Both the position numbers and the translations under genes were made by a program. The notes below the pieces were generated by a model, which made no database searches, had not been told where the DNA came from, and saw only the letters and a program-made list of their open reading frames with translations. From Planctomycetota bacterium (GTDB taxonomy: Bacteria; Planctomycetota; JAJSAM01; JAJVHW01): a DNA stretch of 64,000 nucleotides. The stretch's first letter is position 1, and each line of letters opens with the position of its first letter. Below are positions 18,877-28,924 of this stretch, in pieces. The stretch lies in contig CBDFJG010000004.1 in NCBI GenBank assembly GCA_965248445.1, positions 128,001 through 192,000 of the forward strand, given 5' to 3'.

Positions 18877-20510
18877 CCGAACCGAACCGCTCGGCGACCG
18901 CTCTCCCGGATTCGTGGCTCACCGACGTGGCGATCCTGCTCGCCGACGCGGTACGGCGGCACGCCGGCGGGGCGCTCGGCGTGTGCGGTCTGCTCTTCCT
19001 GCTCGTCCTGCTCTTACCGGTCGAGACCGCGTGTGTCCTAGCGTGCGGGCTCATCCCGGTCGCGCTGGCTGCCGAGCGCAGCCTGCGCCCGCGGCGCCGG
19101 ATCGTGCTCCCCGCACTCGCGCTCGTCGTTCTGCTCGCGACGTTCGCGCCTGATCACTCGGCTGCGCGGCTCCTGGCACAGCGGGACCTGGACGGTCAAT
19201 TCGATCTCACGAACACGTTCTCCGGGCCGGTGCTGCTCGAGGGCGCGGGCGCGCGACTCGTCGCGATCATCGTCGCGGGCATCGCGGGTGGCGTGCTCGC
19301 GGGGCGACGACCGACATCCCGCCGCAGGTACCACTTAGCGGGCGTCTTGACGCTCGGAGTGCTCCTGGTGACCGCCGGATTCAGTTTCTCCCCGGGGGGG
19401 TTCGAGATCGAGTTGGAGTCGTGGGCATGGACTCCCGCCGCGATTCTCGCGTGTCTGGGCTACACCTACCTGGCGGCCTCGCCACTTCGTTCGCGCTGGC
19501 TCGTCGCAGCCAGCGTCCTCGCGATGACCGCCGCGTTGTTGAGCAGCCAGCGCGAGGCGCTCGTCGCCAGTGCGCTCTGCGTCGGCCCGCTCACCGCGCG
19601 CGTAGTGCGCGTTCTGCAGCCGGAAGGGCTGTGGCGGCGTGACGCGGCCGCCGCGCGTCTCGCACGGCGGATCTGCGAGCGCCCGTTCAGATCGAGCTTC
19701 GTCACGTACGGGTTCTTCTTCCTCGCGTGGCACTCCATGGCCACGCCCTTGTGGTTCACGCAGTGGTGGATCGCAGGCCCCGAGCAGGGACCCGGCTCGC
19801 CCCGCTCGATGGGGATGTTCGCGATCACCCCCTGGATGGGCACGTGTGCCAGCATCATCCTCGTCTGTGGGTCGCACGGGGCGCGGGGGCTGCTCGAACG
19901 CGTCCTAGTGCTCTCGGCGCAGCTGACCGCGCCCCTCGTGTGGGCAGCGGTCTTGTGGTTCTACGTAGCCCGCTTAGGAGGCGCGTTCGACCTCGCGGAT
20001 CTCACCGAGGGGTTCTGGCCGCTGTTCCTCTGCATCGCGGCTGCGTTCGCGCTCGCGCGCGGCATGCGCCGGGCAGGGCGGCGCGCTTTCGTAGCCGTCG
20101 CCGCGATCGCTGCGGTGTCCGCACCGATCGCACTGGGCGGATGGCTGCCGGAGTTCGATCCCGGGGCGACGTCCGAGAGGGCAACGATGCTCGCCACAAC
20201 CGTCGCCGGCCTGCCGTCGCTCGTGCTGATCGGCGCGCTCACCGCCCGCCGGCACCCGGCCGGCGGTGCGTTGCTCGGGTGGGTCACCTCGGGCGTCGTC
20301 ACCGTGGCAGCGCTGCTCTGCCTACTGGATCAGTCGCCTGAGCCAGCGCGCGTCGTGGTCCAGACACTGATCAACGGGCTGGTCGTGGTGTTGATCATCT
20401 GGATCTCCCGGCAACTGCTGCTCGTCACGCCGCTCGCGTCCGACCACGCGGTGTTCGTCCTCGGTAAGGAGCGGGCGGCGAAGGCGGTCGAGGCAGAATG
20501 GGCCGCGTGA
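18873..20510 (+). CDS. Polytopic membrane protein, tandem paralog 3
   Basis: LPDSWLTDVAILLADAVRR ... TPLASDHAVFVL; GTGA overlap with paralog 2. Confidence 0.8.
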   Translation: MTEPNRSATALPDSWLTDVAILLADAVRRHAGGALGVCGLLFLLVLLLPVETACVLACGLIPVALAAERSLRPRRRIVLPALALVVLLATFAPDHSAARLLAQRDLDGQFDLTNTFSGPVLLEGAGARLVAIIVAGIAGGVLAGRRPTSRRRYHLAGVLTLGVLLVTAGFSFSPGGFEIELESWAWTPAAILACLGYTYLAASPLRSRWLVAASVLAMTAALLSSQREALVASALCVGPLTARVVRVLQPEGLWRRDAAAARLARRICERPFRSSFVTYGFFFLAWHSMATPLWFTQWWIAGPEQGPGSPRSMGMFAITPWMGTCASIILVCGSHGARGLLERVLVLSAQLTAPLVWAAVLWFYVARLGGAFDLADLTEGFWPLFLCIAAAFALARGMRRAGRRAFVAVAAIAAVSAPIALGGWLPEFDPGATSERATMLATTVAGLPSLVLIGALTARRHPAGGALLGWVTSGVVTVAALLCLLDQSPEPARVVVQTLINGLVVVLIIWISRQLLLVTPLASDHAVFVLGKERAAKAVEAEWAA

Positions 20511-22081
20511 TGGAAGAGCGACAGCAGTCCTCCGGCGCGCCCGTCGTGATCGTGGTGATCGCGCTGCTCCTGGTCGGCGCGTGCGTGGTCGGCGTCTCCG
20601 CGTTCGCGTTCCTCCGTGCGACGGAGGGCCTCCAGGGTGACGAGTACGGTGGCAGCAGCGTGGGGATCGGTGGCTGGTCCGACGAGGAGTACGAGACCGT
20701 CGACCACACGGGCCTCACACTCGACGCACCGGAGCACGTCATCGAAGAGAAGTTCCGCGGGCAGCCGTGGAGCCGCCTGCACGTGTTCGCGATCCCCGAG
20801 GACACGGTGCTGGTGCGCGCGTCGGTGCTCTCCGAGACCCACGACGTCGACGTGTTCATGGTGTTCGACGAGGATGCGGCCGCTTCGGAGGACTGGGACA
20901 TCTCGGCGGACGGCGTGAGCGGCGACGAGTTCGTCTGGGCGTTCCGGCAGGACTCCACCGCGATGGGCGGGGGCCGCTGCTACGTGCGCGTCACGGGGTT
21001 TCCGGACGACGACTTCGACGACGAAGAGGAGATCGAGTACCGGCTCACGCTGCGAGTTGTGCGCTTCGAGGTGCACGAGTCGCTGACGACCGGCCGCGTG
21101 TCCACGGGGACCCTCACTCCTTTGAGCGGCCATCGGCGCGCCTATCACGCCCCGTGGCCCGACGGCGCCGGCAAGGTGCGAATCGACCTGGTCGATGCAA
21201 CACAGAACCTCGACATGTTCGTCGCGTTCGAGGATGAGGTGCTCGACCTCGCGGACTACGACAAGAAGGCCGTCACGGAGGACTGCACGGAGAGCCTCGT
21301 TCTCGATCGCGACGACGTGGACGGCGACACGCTTCTCATCACCGTCATCGACCAGGATTGCCACGACGTCGACGTGCCGTACCGCTTGCTCGTCTCCGCG
21401 GGGGACGCGCCGCCCGCGATCCTGCGGGAACCGCGTTCCTTCCCGCAGCCGCGAACTCCCGTCGAACGAACCGCCCGCGCGGTCGTTCGCCTGGACACGG
21501 ACGACGCCTTCGGTTCCGGCGTGCTTCTGACGCCGAAGGGACTCGTCCTCACCGCGCATCACGTGGTGGGCGACGTCGGCAGCGACATTGTCGTGTCGAC
21601 GATGACCGACGTCGGGAGGCCGCCTCTGGAGTCCTATCGCGGCACCGTCGTACGCGCCGACGCGAACCTCGATGTCGCGCTGCTCCAGATCGACCGGATG
21701 CTCGACGGCTCCCCTGTGCCGAAGAGCGTGCAGTTCCCGACCATCCCCGTCCGCTGGACGGAGGGTCCGGCACTCGGGGAGCGCACGTTCCTCTGCGGGT
21801 ACCACGACTTCGACGACGACTCGACGCGCGATCCCATCTCCTGGACCACCGGTGCCGTCTCCGGGTGGGAGGAGCACGGAGGCTTCCGGCTCGTCCGCGT
21901 GGCGGCGCTCACGACGTCGGGCGTCTCCGGCGGAGCCGTGCTGGACACGGAGCACCGGCTCGTCGGCACCGTAGTCCTGATGAACCAGGCCGGCGACGCC
22001 GACACGTCGGCCGAAGCAGCCATCGTCCCCGCCGGTCTCCTGCCGACCGCGTGGACCGAGTTCTCCGGCGCGGGCCGGTAG
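20510..22081 (+). CDS. Membrane-anchored trypsin-like serine protease with two N-terminal PPC-like domains
   Basis: GSGVLL..G.VLTAHHVV (His), DVALL (Asp), SGVSGGAV (Ser); TGATG overlap with upstream stop. Confidence 0.85.
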   Translation: MEERQQSSGAPVVIVVIALLLVGACVVGVSAFAFLRATEGLQGDEYGGSSVGIGGWSDEEYETVDHTGLTLDAPEHVIEEKFRGQPWSRLHVFAIPEDTVLVRASVLSETHDVDVFMVFDEDAAASEDWDISADGVSGDEFVWAFRQDSTAMGGGRCYVRVTGFPDDDFDDEEEIEYRLTLRVVRFEVHESLTTGRVSTGTLTPLSGHRRAYHAPWPDGAGKVRIDLVDATQNLDMFVAFEDEVLDLADYDKKAVTEDCTESLVLDRDDVDGDTLLITVIDQDCHDVDVPYRLLVSAGDAPPAILREPRSFPQPRTPVERTARAVVRLDTDDAFGSGVLLTPKGLVLTAHHVVGDVGSDIVVSTMTDVGRPPLESYRGTVVRADANLDVALLQIDRMLDGSPVPKSVQFPTIPVRWTEGPALGERTFLCGYHDFDDDSTRDPISWTTGAVSGWEEHGGFRLVRVAALTTSGVSGGAVLDTEHRLVGTVVLMNQAGDADTSAEAAIVPAGLLPTAWTEFSGAGR

Positions 22082-22090
22082 CCTCACCCA

Positions 22091-25000
22091 GTGAGCTCAC
22101 GCTCCCCCGCCGGACTGCGACCGCTACTGGTCTCGCGGTTCTGCGGCGCGGTCACCGAACACGCGTGGAAGATGCTCGCCGCCGCGATCGCCCTTCGCGG
22201 GTTCGCCGCGGGGGACGACGCGGAGGCGCTGAACGAGACCGCGCTCGCGTTCGCGGTGTTCCTCGTACCGCACACGATCGTGTCTCTGTTCGCGGGCGTG
22301 CTCGCCGATCGGTTCGGGCTCCGCCGCGTACTGGTCTGGGGCAAGAGCGCGGAGTGGTGGATCGTGGCAATTGCCGGGCACGCGACTCTCACGGCTGCTC
22401 GCGTGAGCCCGAACGAAGCGCTCGCCGTCCTGGCGCTTCTCGGCGTCCGCAGCGGGCTGATTGCGCCCGCACGGGAGGGACTCCTCCCCGACTTGCTGAC
22501 GCACCGACAATTATCCTGGGGCAACGGACGGCTGGTTGGGTGGACCTTCCTCGCGATCGTCGCAGGCACCGCGTTCGGCAGTGCGGCCCCGGCGTTCCTC
22601 GGACAGTGGTTGTTCTGGAGCACGGTCGTGTTCGTGATGGCCGGCACGTACGCGGCATACTCCGTTCCGGTCCAGCCGCCGAACGATCCGGCGGCCGGGC
22701 CTCGCGCTCTGCTCGATGGCATCCGGATCGTGCTGCACGATCGGGCGCTCGGGTTGGTGCTGCTCGGAACGGTCATGTTCTGGTTCACGGCCAGCCTTCT
22801 CGGTCACAACGTCGCGACGTACGCGCGGATCTCCGCAGAGGCCGGCACGACCTGGCGCAGTCTGCCGCTCGCTGCGCTCGCTCTCGGAGTGGCCGCCGGC
22901 GCGCTGCTGGCCGGCCGCTGGTCGCGGAACGAGATCGAGGTCGGACTGGTGCCGCTCGGCGGCCTCGGCATCGCCGCGTTGACGGGCCTCCTGGCGCTTC
23001 TCTCACCCGGCGTCGTGCTGACACTGTCGCTCCTCTTCGCCACGGGCGTCGCCTGCGGCGCGATGGTGGTCCCGCTCTCCGCGCTGGCGCAGTGGCGCGC
23101 ACCGGTGGCGCGACGAGCCACAGTCCTCGGCCTCGTGAGTGCCACCTCGGGCACCGCGATCCTCGCGGGGTCTTTCGGCGCGTGGGCGCTCTCGCACTAC
23201 GGCGTCGGAGTACGGGGCGTTCTCGCGACAGCGGCGCTGGTCGCGCTGGCCGGCGCGATGTGGGGCGCGTGGCTCATGCCGGCGTCGCTCGTGCGCGGGC
23301 TGGTCGTCGTGCTGACGCGGACGCTCTACCGCATGAGGGTCGTCGGACGCGCGAACGTCCCGGACGAGGGCGGCGTACTCCTCACGCCGAACCACGTGTC
23401 GTTCATGGACGGACTCTTCGTGATTGCTGCGATCGACCGCCCCGTGAAGTTCCTGATCCACGACTCGTACTTCAACAACCCGATGCTCTCGCCGTTCATG
23501 CGCGCGATCGGCGGGATTCCCGTGTCGTCGTCACGCTCGAAGGAACAGATCGACGATGCCCTGGCAGCCGCGGGCGAAGCGCTCGACGATGGTCGCGTGG
23601 TCTGCGTGTTCCCCGAGGGCCAGATCACGCGGACGGGAACGATGCACCAGTTCCGCCGCGGTATCGAGCGCATCGCCCGCGGGAGAGACGCCGCCATCGT
23701 GCCTGTGTTCCTGGACCGCGTATGGGGCAGTCTGTTCAGCCGCGCGGGCGGCCGGTTCCTCTTCAAGCTCCCCGAGCGGATGCCGTATCCGGTCACGGTG
23801 ATGTACGGCGCACCACTCTCCGCCGACACGGATGCCAACGAGGTGCGCGCGGCCGTGCAACAGCTCGGATCGAGCGCATGGCGTCACCGCCGGCCGGACG
23901 CGCGTCCGCTGCACCACGCCTTTCTTCGCGCCGCGCGGCGGGCACCGTTCCGCACCGCACTCGGGGACGCCGCAGGCGCACGCTGGTCACGGCTCGGAAC
24001 ACTCACGCGTGCCGTGGCGCTGGCGCGCTCGCTCCGTGGCACCTGGGGCGCGGCGCCGCGGGTCGGCTGTCTGCTGCCGCCGGGACGCGACGCCGCGATC
24101 GTCCAGCTCGCAGCCGCGTTTGCGGGGCGCGAGTTCGTGCCGCTCGATCCGGCGGGCGGCCCGGCCGGCATCGCGCGTGCAGCGGAGATCGCGTCGATCC
24201 GGACGGTCGTCACGACGGACGAGGCACTCCGCAGTTTCAAACTGACACTGCCCGACGGCATGCGCGCGCTCAGCCCGGAGGAGCACCGCGCCGGTCTGCT
24301 CGGCCGCTTCTCCGCACTCGTCCTCGCGCTCTTGGCTCCTCCCGACGTGCTGGACCGGGCCTGTGGCACCGGGGAGGACCCGGACATCGACGATGTCGCG
24401 AGCGTCGTGTTCACGAGCGGCCGCACCGGGACACCCAAAGCCGTGCTGCTGTCGCACTTCAACCTCGACTCGAATCGAGAGGGGCTGGCTCAGGTCCTGC
24501 GGCCGCGCGCCCGTGACGGCGTCGTCGTGACACTCCCGCACTGGGGGGCGTTCGGGCACCTCGCGGTCTGGTTCGGTGTCACGCACGGAGACGGAGTCGC
24601 GCTCCCGGACGGCGCCGACGCCGCGGGCCGGACCATCGAGCGGCATCACGCGAGCGTCCTCTTCGCGACGCCGGACCAGCTAGCGAGCTACGTCGAGAGC
24701 GCCAAGCCCGAGCAGTTCGGGTCGCTGCGCGGCGTCGTGACGGCCACCGCGGCGCTGTCCGGTGAACTGCGCGACGCATTCGAGGACCGCTTCGGCATCG
24801 AGCCGCTCGAGTCGTACGGCATGACCGAGTGCTCCCCCATCGTCGCGATCGGCGCCCCGGACTTCCGCGCGCGCGGCTTCTTCCAGCCCGGAACGCGGCT
24901 CGGCTTCGTCGGGCAGCCGCTGCCGGGCGTCGCAGTCCGCATCGTCGATCCCGCGACGCACGAGGAGCGCCCGGCCGGTGAGGAAGGCACGATCCTCGTG

Positions 25001-25141
25001 CGCGGACCGAACGTGATGATCGGCTACGCGGGCGGCGCCGACGCGCCCTGCCTGCCAGGCGGTTGGTTCGTCACCGGCGACACCGGCGCCGTGGACGCCG
25101 ACGGCTTCCTGCGCGTGCGCGGGTGCGTCGGATCGACGTAG
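22091..25141 (+). CDS. aas: MFS (LplT-like) + acyltransferase + AMP-binding fusion (Aas-like), C-terminally short
   Basis: MFS TM region; NHVSFMD (HX4D) and FPEG; FTSGRTGTPK, YGMTE, WFVTGD adenylation motifs. Confidence 0.85.
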   Translation: MSSRSPAGLRPLLVSRFCGAVTEHAWKMLAAAIALRGFAAGDDAEALNETALAFAVFLVPHTIVSLFAGVLADRFGLRRVLVWGKSAEWWIVAIAGHATLTAARVSPNEALAVLALLGVRSGLIAPAREGLLPDLLTHRQLSWGNGRLVGWTFLAIVAGTAFGSAAPAFLGQWLFWSTVVFVMAGTYAAYSVPVQPPNDPAAGPRALLDGIRIVLHDRALGLVLLGTVMFWFTASLLGHNVATYARISAEAGTTWRSLPLAALALGVAAGALLAGRWSRNEIEVGLVPLGGLGIAALTGLLALLSPGVVLTLSLLFATGVACGAMVVPLSALAQWRAPVARRATVLGLVSATSGTAILAGSFGAWALSHYGVGVRGVLATAALVALAGAMWGAWLMPASLVRGLVVVLTRTLYRMRVVGRANVPDEGGVLLTPNHVSFMDGLFVIAAIDRPVKFLIHDSYFNNPMLSPFMRAIGGIPVSSSRSKEQIDDALAAAGEALDDGRVVCVFPEGQITRTGTMHQFRRGIERIARGRDAAIVPVFLDRVWGSLFSRAGGRFLFKLPERMPYPVTVMYGAPLSADTDANEVRAAVQQLGSSAWRHRRPDARPLHHAFLRAARRAPFRTALGDAAGARWSRLGTLTRAVALARSLRGTWGAAPRVGCLLPPGRDAAIVQLAAAFAGREFVPLDPAGGPAGIARAAEIASIRTVVTTDEALRSFKLTLPDGMRALSPEEHRAGLLGRFSALVLALLAPPDVLDRACGTGEDPDIDDVASVVFTSGRTGTPKAVLLSHFNLDSNREGLAQVLRPRARDGVVVTLPHWGAFGHLAVWFGVTHGDGVALPDGADAAGRTIERHHASVLFATPDQLASYVESAKPEQFGSLRGVVTATAALSGELRDAFEDRFGIEPLESYGMTECSPIVAIGAPDFRARGFFQPGTRLGFVGQPLPGVAVRIVDPATHEERPAGEEGTILVRGPNVMIGYAGGADAPCLPGGWFVTGDTGAVDADGFLRVRGCVGST

Positions 25142-25166
25142 GGGCGGCCGCTGCGCCCGCCCCTAC
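25138..25166. repeat. GTAG-type REP-like palindrome
   Basis: GTAGGGGCGG...CCGCCCCTAC 10-bp inverted repeat; the same 9-bp arms recur at 52774-52824. Confidence 0.6.
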
Positions 25167-25570
25167 TCGTCCGTGAAGAAGCGCATGATGCTCTTGGCGA
25201 AGCGGGCGACAACGAATGTGTCGTCGTCACTCTCGGCGGCAGCGACCTGAAGGCGCCGCATCTCCACCGGATCGAACCACACGAGACGGCAACCCGTGCA
25301 GACGTCCAGCTCGAGAGCGCGCTCTGTCGATGCCACGGCGCACACGATCATCGGCAGGCGACAGCGCGGACACCGTCGCGATCCGAGTCGATCCGTTCCG
25401 CCGGCACGCTCGAAGATCCGGTCCACGACACCGGCATCGTTGCCGAGATACTCGCGCAGCGCCGACTCGTACGTCGCGATTCCGTGCTTCTGCGGACAGA
25501 AGAGCCACGCGTCGTCGGCCTGGTTGCGCGTGACGAGCTCCTCGCTGCAGACCGCACAGAGGGAGTTCAC
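25163..25570 (-). CDS. Double zinc-ribbon (zf-TFIIB-like) protein
   Basis: CAVC, CPQKHG, CPRCRLPM, ELDVCTGCRLVWFDPVE. Confidence 0.8.
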   Translation of the reverse strand: MNSLCAVCSEELVTRNQADDAWLFCPQKHGIATYESALREYLGNDAGVVDRIFERAGGTDRLGSRRCPRCRLPMIVCAVASTERALELDVCTGCRLVWFDPVEMRRLQVAAAESDDDTFVVARFAKSIMRFFTDE

Positions 25571-28500
25571 TTGCCGAGTTCATCCAGCAGGACGCGCACC
25601 GCTTCGAGCAGCTGATCGTCCATCCCGCTCCCGATGCGCGACGGCTCCGTCAGCACGGTCACGTCGGGCTCGAGCGTCTGGTTCTCGAGGTACTCGCCCC
25701 GGGGATCGACCATCCCGACCTGCGGGATACCGAAGATCAGCTCCTGGTCGATCAGCCTCTCCCACCACACCGCCGTCCCCGTGCCCGCGACGGGCGCGCC
25801 GACCAGCTTGCCGAGTCCGTGCTCGCGGTAGGCCCACGGGAACATGTGCGCGTCGGAGTAGTTGCCCTCGCTCATGACGACGCACGATGGCTTGTCCCAA
25901 CGCTGCAGCGGCTCGCCGCCGAGAGACCCGCGGACCTTGCCGCGCGGCTGGAAGTCGAGGTAGCGCTTCCCGGACAGGAACACGACGAGATCGTCGTGCA
26001 GCCAGCCGCCGCCATTGAAGCGCGTGTCGACGATCAGCGCCTCCTTGTCAGCGTTCAGACCCAGCGTCTCGCGGTACACGCGCCGGAAGCTCGCGTCGTT
26101 CATGCCGCGCACGTGCACGTAGCCGATGCGCCCGCCCGACGCGTCGTCGACGATCTTGCGCCGCCGATCGAGGAGCCGTTCGTAGAGAAGCCCGTTCACG
26201 GCGCCCGGGGCGATCGGCCGGACGACGGCGTCGTACGATCCACCGCCCGCGTCGCGCAACGTGAGCCGCGTCAGCTTCCCGGCCAGACGATTGAAGACCG
26301 GCCACGGGTTCGCGCCGGCCGAGAGGGCCGAACCATTCACCGCAGTCACGGTGTGTCCCGCCGCGATCTTCAGCTCCTCTTTGTCGCACGGTCCGCCGCG
26401 GAGGACCTCCGCGATCTTGAGGCCGTCGCCGGCCCATTGCGGATCGTAGAGAAGGCCGAGCGACGCGGTCTGGTCGCCACCCGTGCGGCGAGGACGGTAC
26501 CGACCGCCGGTGTGTGACGCATTCAGCTCTCCGAGAATCTCGGAGAGGAGTTCCGCGAAGTCGCGGCTGTTGTCGATCTCCGGAAGGTGCTGCGCGTACG
26601 CCGCGCGCATCGCGGCCCAGTCCACGCCGTGCAGGTTCGGGTTGTAGAACTTCACCTTCGCCTGCCGCCACGCGTGTTCGAACAGGTGCGCGCGCTCGGC
26701 CGGCCGGTCGATCCACGCCTCCGCGGTGTAGCCGACGGGCTTGGTCTTCGTGCCGCCACCGCCACCGCCCCCGCCGCCGTCGTTCCCGCGGCGACCGCCG
26801 CCCTTCTCGGGCTTGAACGCACCGGCGACGTCCGCCTTGACGATCGTCCCGTTGCCCTTGCGCACGAACAGCGACTTGCCGTCCTTGGAGAGCTCGAGTT
26901 GTCCGCCGCGGTCCTCGCCGAGCGAGATCAACTTCTTGGTCTCGCCCGCCCGCGGCTTGCTGATCCAGACGTCCCACTTGCCGTCCACCTGCCCGAGGTA
27001 GACAACGGCCTCACCGTCGGGAGACACGACGAACGAGGAGATCGGCGCGGAGTGGCGGGTGATGCGCCGCAAGCGGCGCTCCGGGCGATCGAAGTTGATC
27101 GTCACCGTGGGCGGCGGCTCGTCCTTCTCGGCGTCACCGTCGTCGTTGCCACCCTTCTTGCCCTTCTTCTTCTCCTTGTCCTCCTTCGCGGTGAGCGCCG
27201 CGTAGTCCTCCTTGGACAGCCGGCCGCGGTCGTTGGCCGCCCGCGTCAGGTCGAGCGCGATCACGTCCTGGTCCGTGCCCCAGCTGCCGTGGTTACGGCG
27301 TCCGTGACGGTCGGAGATGAAGTGCAGCGATCGCCCGTCGCGGCCCCACCGCGGGCGGCTCTCGTAGTAGCCGCTCCGCGTGACGTCGGTGACGCGGCCG
27401 GTGGCGACCTCGACGACGCCGATCTGCTCGAGCCAGCTCTTGTTCGGGAGATACGTCACGGCGACCCACCGCGAGTCCGGCGACCACGAAAACCAGATGT
27501 CGCCGTCGGAGTAGCTGTAGTTGCGCTCCGGCGGCACCAGCGTGCGCACCGCCCTGGACGTGACGTCGAACACGACGAGCTCGTCACGGTTGCGCAAGAA
27601 GGCGATCTGCTTGCCGTCCGGAGAGACCACCGGTTGGAAGCTCTCGTCCGCCGTCGCAATGACGGAGCTCTCCCGCAGGACTGTGGCGCGGTGGAAGTGC
27701 TTCTCGTCCGCGTGCACGATCGTCGACGAGAAGATGTTCCACGAGGCGCCGCTGCCGTTCGCCGTGCGCTCCCCGGCGTAGTAGAGCGTCCTGCCGTCCG
27801 GCGCCCAGCTGAGCGACCGCTCCTGCTCCGGCGTCCCGGTCACGCGCTTGGTAGCGCCGTGCTCGACGGACGTCACGTAGACGTCGCCACGCAGGACGAA
27901 CGCCACCTCCTCGCCGTTAGGCGACACCTTGATGCTCGTCGCGCCCTTGCTCTCGGTGACGTACTCGACCGGGTTCTTGCGTTGGTCCACCGAGCAGCGG
28001 ATCGGGACTCGCGTGCCCTCTCCTCCGGCGAGCGGCGCCACGTAGACGCCTCCGTTCCAGCCGTAGCAGTAGGAGTCGCCGCCCACCGACAGGAAGCGCA
28101 CGGGATGCGTCACGTGACTCGTGAGCTGGGCGAAGCCGCCCGGCTCGGCAGGGCCGACAGACGTCTTCCACACGTTGAACGTGCTGCCCCGCTCGGAGAG
28201 GAACAGATACGCGTCGCCCCCGGGCGTGAAGACGGGATTGCGGTCTTCCGCGGCGTGCTGGGTCAGCGCTTGGTGGCGGCCGGTCGTGCGTTCCCAGCGC
28301 CAGACGTCGCGCGCCACCGGCGACGTGTGGTGTTTGCGCCAGGGGTCCTCGTAGCCGCGCAGGTTCTGGTAGAGCGCGACGCTGCCGTCCCCGGACAACT
28401 GCACGCGTTCGGCCGGAGTCGTCAGCTCGAGTCGCGGACGTCCCCCCGCCACGGCGATGGACCACAGCTCGGCGAAGCGGGGCGTTCCGAGGATCGACTT

Positions 28501-28905
28501 CGGGTCGTCCTGGCGCGGGCTCTCGAACAGGATGCGCGATCCGTCGCGCTCGAATGTCGCCGGGATGTCCGTGGCGGAGTGGAACGTGAGGCGTGTGGCC
28601 GAGCCGCCCGCGCTGCTCACCACGAAGACGTCGAAGTTGCCGTACCAATCGGCGGCGAACGCGATCTGCGAGCCGTCAGGCGACCAGACGGCGCGGTACT
28701 CGTATCCCTCGTGGCTCGTGAGCCGCGCCGCGTCGCCCCCGGCGACGGGAACGGTCCACAGGTCGCCGCGATAAGCGAACGCGATGCGCGAGCCGTCAGG
28801 CGAGATCGATGGATACCGCACCCACGTCGCGTCCTTGGCGAACGCGACCGACGAGAGAGCCAAAACGAACGGTACGGCGAGAAGGGCTGAGAGCGATGGG
28901 CGCAT
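25567..28905 (-). CDS. Tricorn-like S41 protease (beta-propellers, PDZ, catalytic domain)
   Basis: RYPSISPDG..IAF.Y.GDLW; PD40-like repeats; GELNASH; IVDTRFNGGG; NYSDAHMFP; signal peptide. Confidence 0.95.
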   Translation of the reverse strand: MRPSLSALLAVPFVLALSSVAFAKDATWVRYPSISPDGSRIAFAYRGDLWTVPVAGGDAARLTSHEGYEYRAVWSPDGSQIAFAADWYGNFDVFVVSSAGGSATRLTFHSATDIPATFERDGSRILFESPRQDDPKSILGTPRFAELWSIAVAGGRPRLELTTPAERVQLSGDGSVALYQNLRGYEDPWRKHHTSPVARDVWRWERTTGRHQALTQHAAEDRNPVFTPGGDAYLFLSERGSTFNVWKTSVGPAEPGGFAQLTSHVTHPVRFLSVGGDSYCYGWNGGVYVAPLAGGEGTRVPIRCSVDQRKNPVEYVTESKGATSIKVSPNGEEVAFVLRGDVYVTSVEHGATKRVTGTPEQERSLSWAPDGRTLYYAGERTANGSGASWNIFSSTIVHADEKHFHRATVLRESSVIATADESFQPVVSPDGKQIAFLRNRDELVVFDVTSRAVRTLVPPERNYSYSDGDIWFSWSPDSRWVAVTYLPNKSWLEQIGVVEVATGRVTDVTRSGYYESRPRWGRDGRSLHFISDRHGRRNHGSWGTDQDVIALDLTRAANDRGRLSKEDYAALTAKEDKEKKKGKKGGNDDGDAEKDEPPPTVTINFDRPERRLRRITRHSAPISSFVVSPDGEAVVYLGQVDGKWDVWISKPRAGETKKLISLGEDRGGQLELSKDGKSLFVRKGNGTIVKADVAGAFKPEKGGGRRGNDGGGGGGGGGTKTKPVGYTAEAWIDRPAERAHLFEHAWRQAKVKFYNPNLHGVDWAAMRAAYAQHLPEIDNSRDFAELLSEILGELNASHTGGRYRPRRTGGDQTASLGLLYDPQWAGDGLKIAEVLRGGPCDKEELKIAAGHTVTAVNGSALSAGANPWPVFNRLAGKLTRLTLRDAGGGSYDAVVRPIAPGAVNGLLYERLLDRRRKIVDDASGGRIGYVHVRGMNDASFRRVYRETLGLNADKEALIVDTRFNGGGWLHDDLVVFLSGKRYLDFQPRGKVRGSLGGEPLQRWDKPSCVVMSEGNYSDAHMFPWAYREHGLGKLVGAPVAGTGTAVWWERLIDQELIFGIPQVGMVDPRGEYLENQTLEPDVTVLTEPSRIGSGMDDQLLEAVRVLLDELGK

Positions 28906-28924
28906 GTGGCGGACTCCGGAGAGC

